Source of the DNA: Paecilomyces variotii
Lineage: Eukaryota
Assembly (NCBI GenBank): GCA_004022145.1
Contig: RCNU01000003.1
Reading direction: 5' to 3' (one strand)
Length of the DNA stretch: 64,000 nt
A model generated the notes under the pieces. It worked only from the letters and a program-made list of their open reading frames with translations, was not told where the DNA came from and ran no database searches. A program made the position numbers and the translations under genes. Below, in pieces: positions 63,501 through 64,000 of this stretch (the first letter of the stretch is position 1; every line of letters starts with the position of its first letter).

Positions 63501-64000
63501 TCTGCTTGATAAAGTCGCGGACAATTTATACAAAATGTTCGTAGTTATATAACGCGTCTGGTCATTGGCAACGAAAACGGTTCCATGTCAGGAGGAATGA
63601 GAAAGGATAATAGAGTGTTAACTATACTATATAGGCTCACTCCTGGGCCGACGCATCCAAGGAAGGGGTCGATAATAACGCTCTGCAAGAACAAAAAGAA
63701 AGAGAGAAAAGTATCAAATCACACACAGATATATATAATCTCAACATGGCAGTGGAGACACAGAGAACAGAAATCCTATCTTCCAATGACAGATACCTCT
63801 CGTATTTAAGCTTAGTTCGAAAAGATGAGATCGTGTAGGGTACGTTTGTATCATCGCGGATTCCATCTTCTTCCAGTCGTGGCCATATGCAAGTAACCTC
63901 TACATAGGCCCGAATCTAGCAGACAAAGAAGCGAACAAATCTGGATATGCACATTGCCTCCACTCTCAAAGAGAAAGACGGGGACGATAAGCGGGCTTAT

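Noticed and set aside
1-64000. tRNA, rRNA or CRISPR arrays
   Set aside because: None recognised by eye. The sequence is eukaryotic and has no repeat-spacer array.

Overview
Filamentous ascomycete (Aspergillus/Penicillium-like, Eurotiales) genomic DNA with short GT-AG introns and CTRAC branch sites. Bases 1-4821 are an AT-rich, RIP-degenerated transposon nest: a minus-strand Ty3/Gypsy LTR retrotransposon, whose RT, RNase H and integrase are still readable, next to the end of a Tc1/mariner-type element whose terminal repeat and TA target site mark a sharp boundary. The rest is gene-dense euchromatin with about 24 genes: 1-Cys peroxiredoxin, Ral2/Mds3 kelch, Bem3-like RhoGAP, Svp26, Bud23, Fmp42-like MFS, a UCH deubiquitinase, a hydrolase/SnoaL protein, zuotin, Mzm1, Slt11, Erg6, Rps22/uS8, Tfc7-like histidine phosphatase, a Usa1/HERP-like UBL protein, Psd1, Apc10, Leu2, Pis1, an M19 dipeptidase, Ptc6 and others. 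It also holds two intact genes and one decayed gene with PD-(D/E)XK nuclease-like motifs. The most striking unexplained signal is in rps22. Two introns each fold into a long hairpin (about 190 nt and about 120 nt), and the base of the coding-region hairpin masks a cryptic 3' splice site whose use would create a premature stop. This suggests an RNA-structure-based splicing/NMD autoregulation system for uS8. Exon boundaries and folds were worked out by eye.
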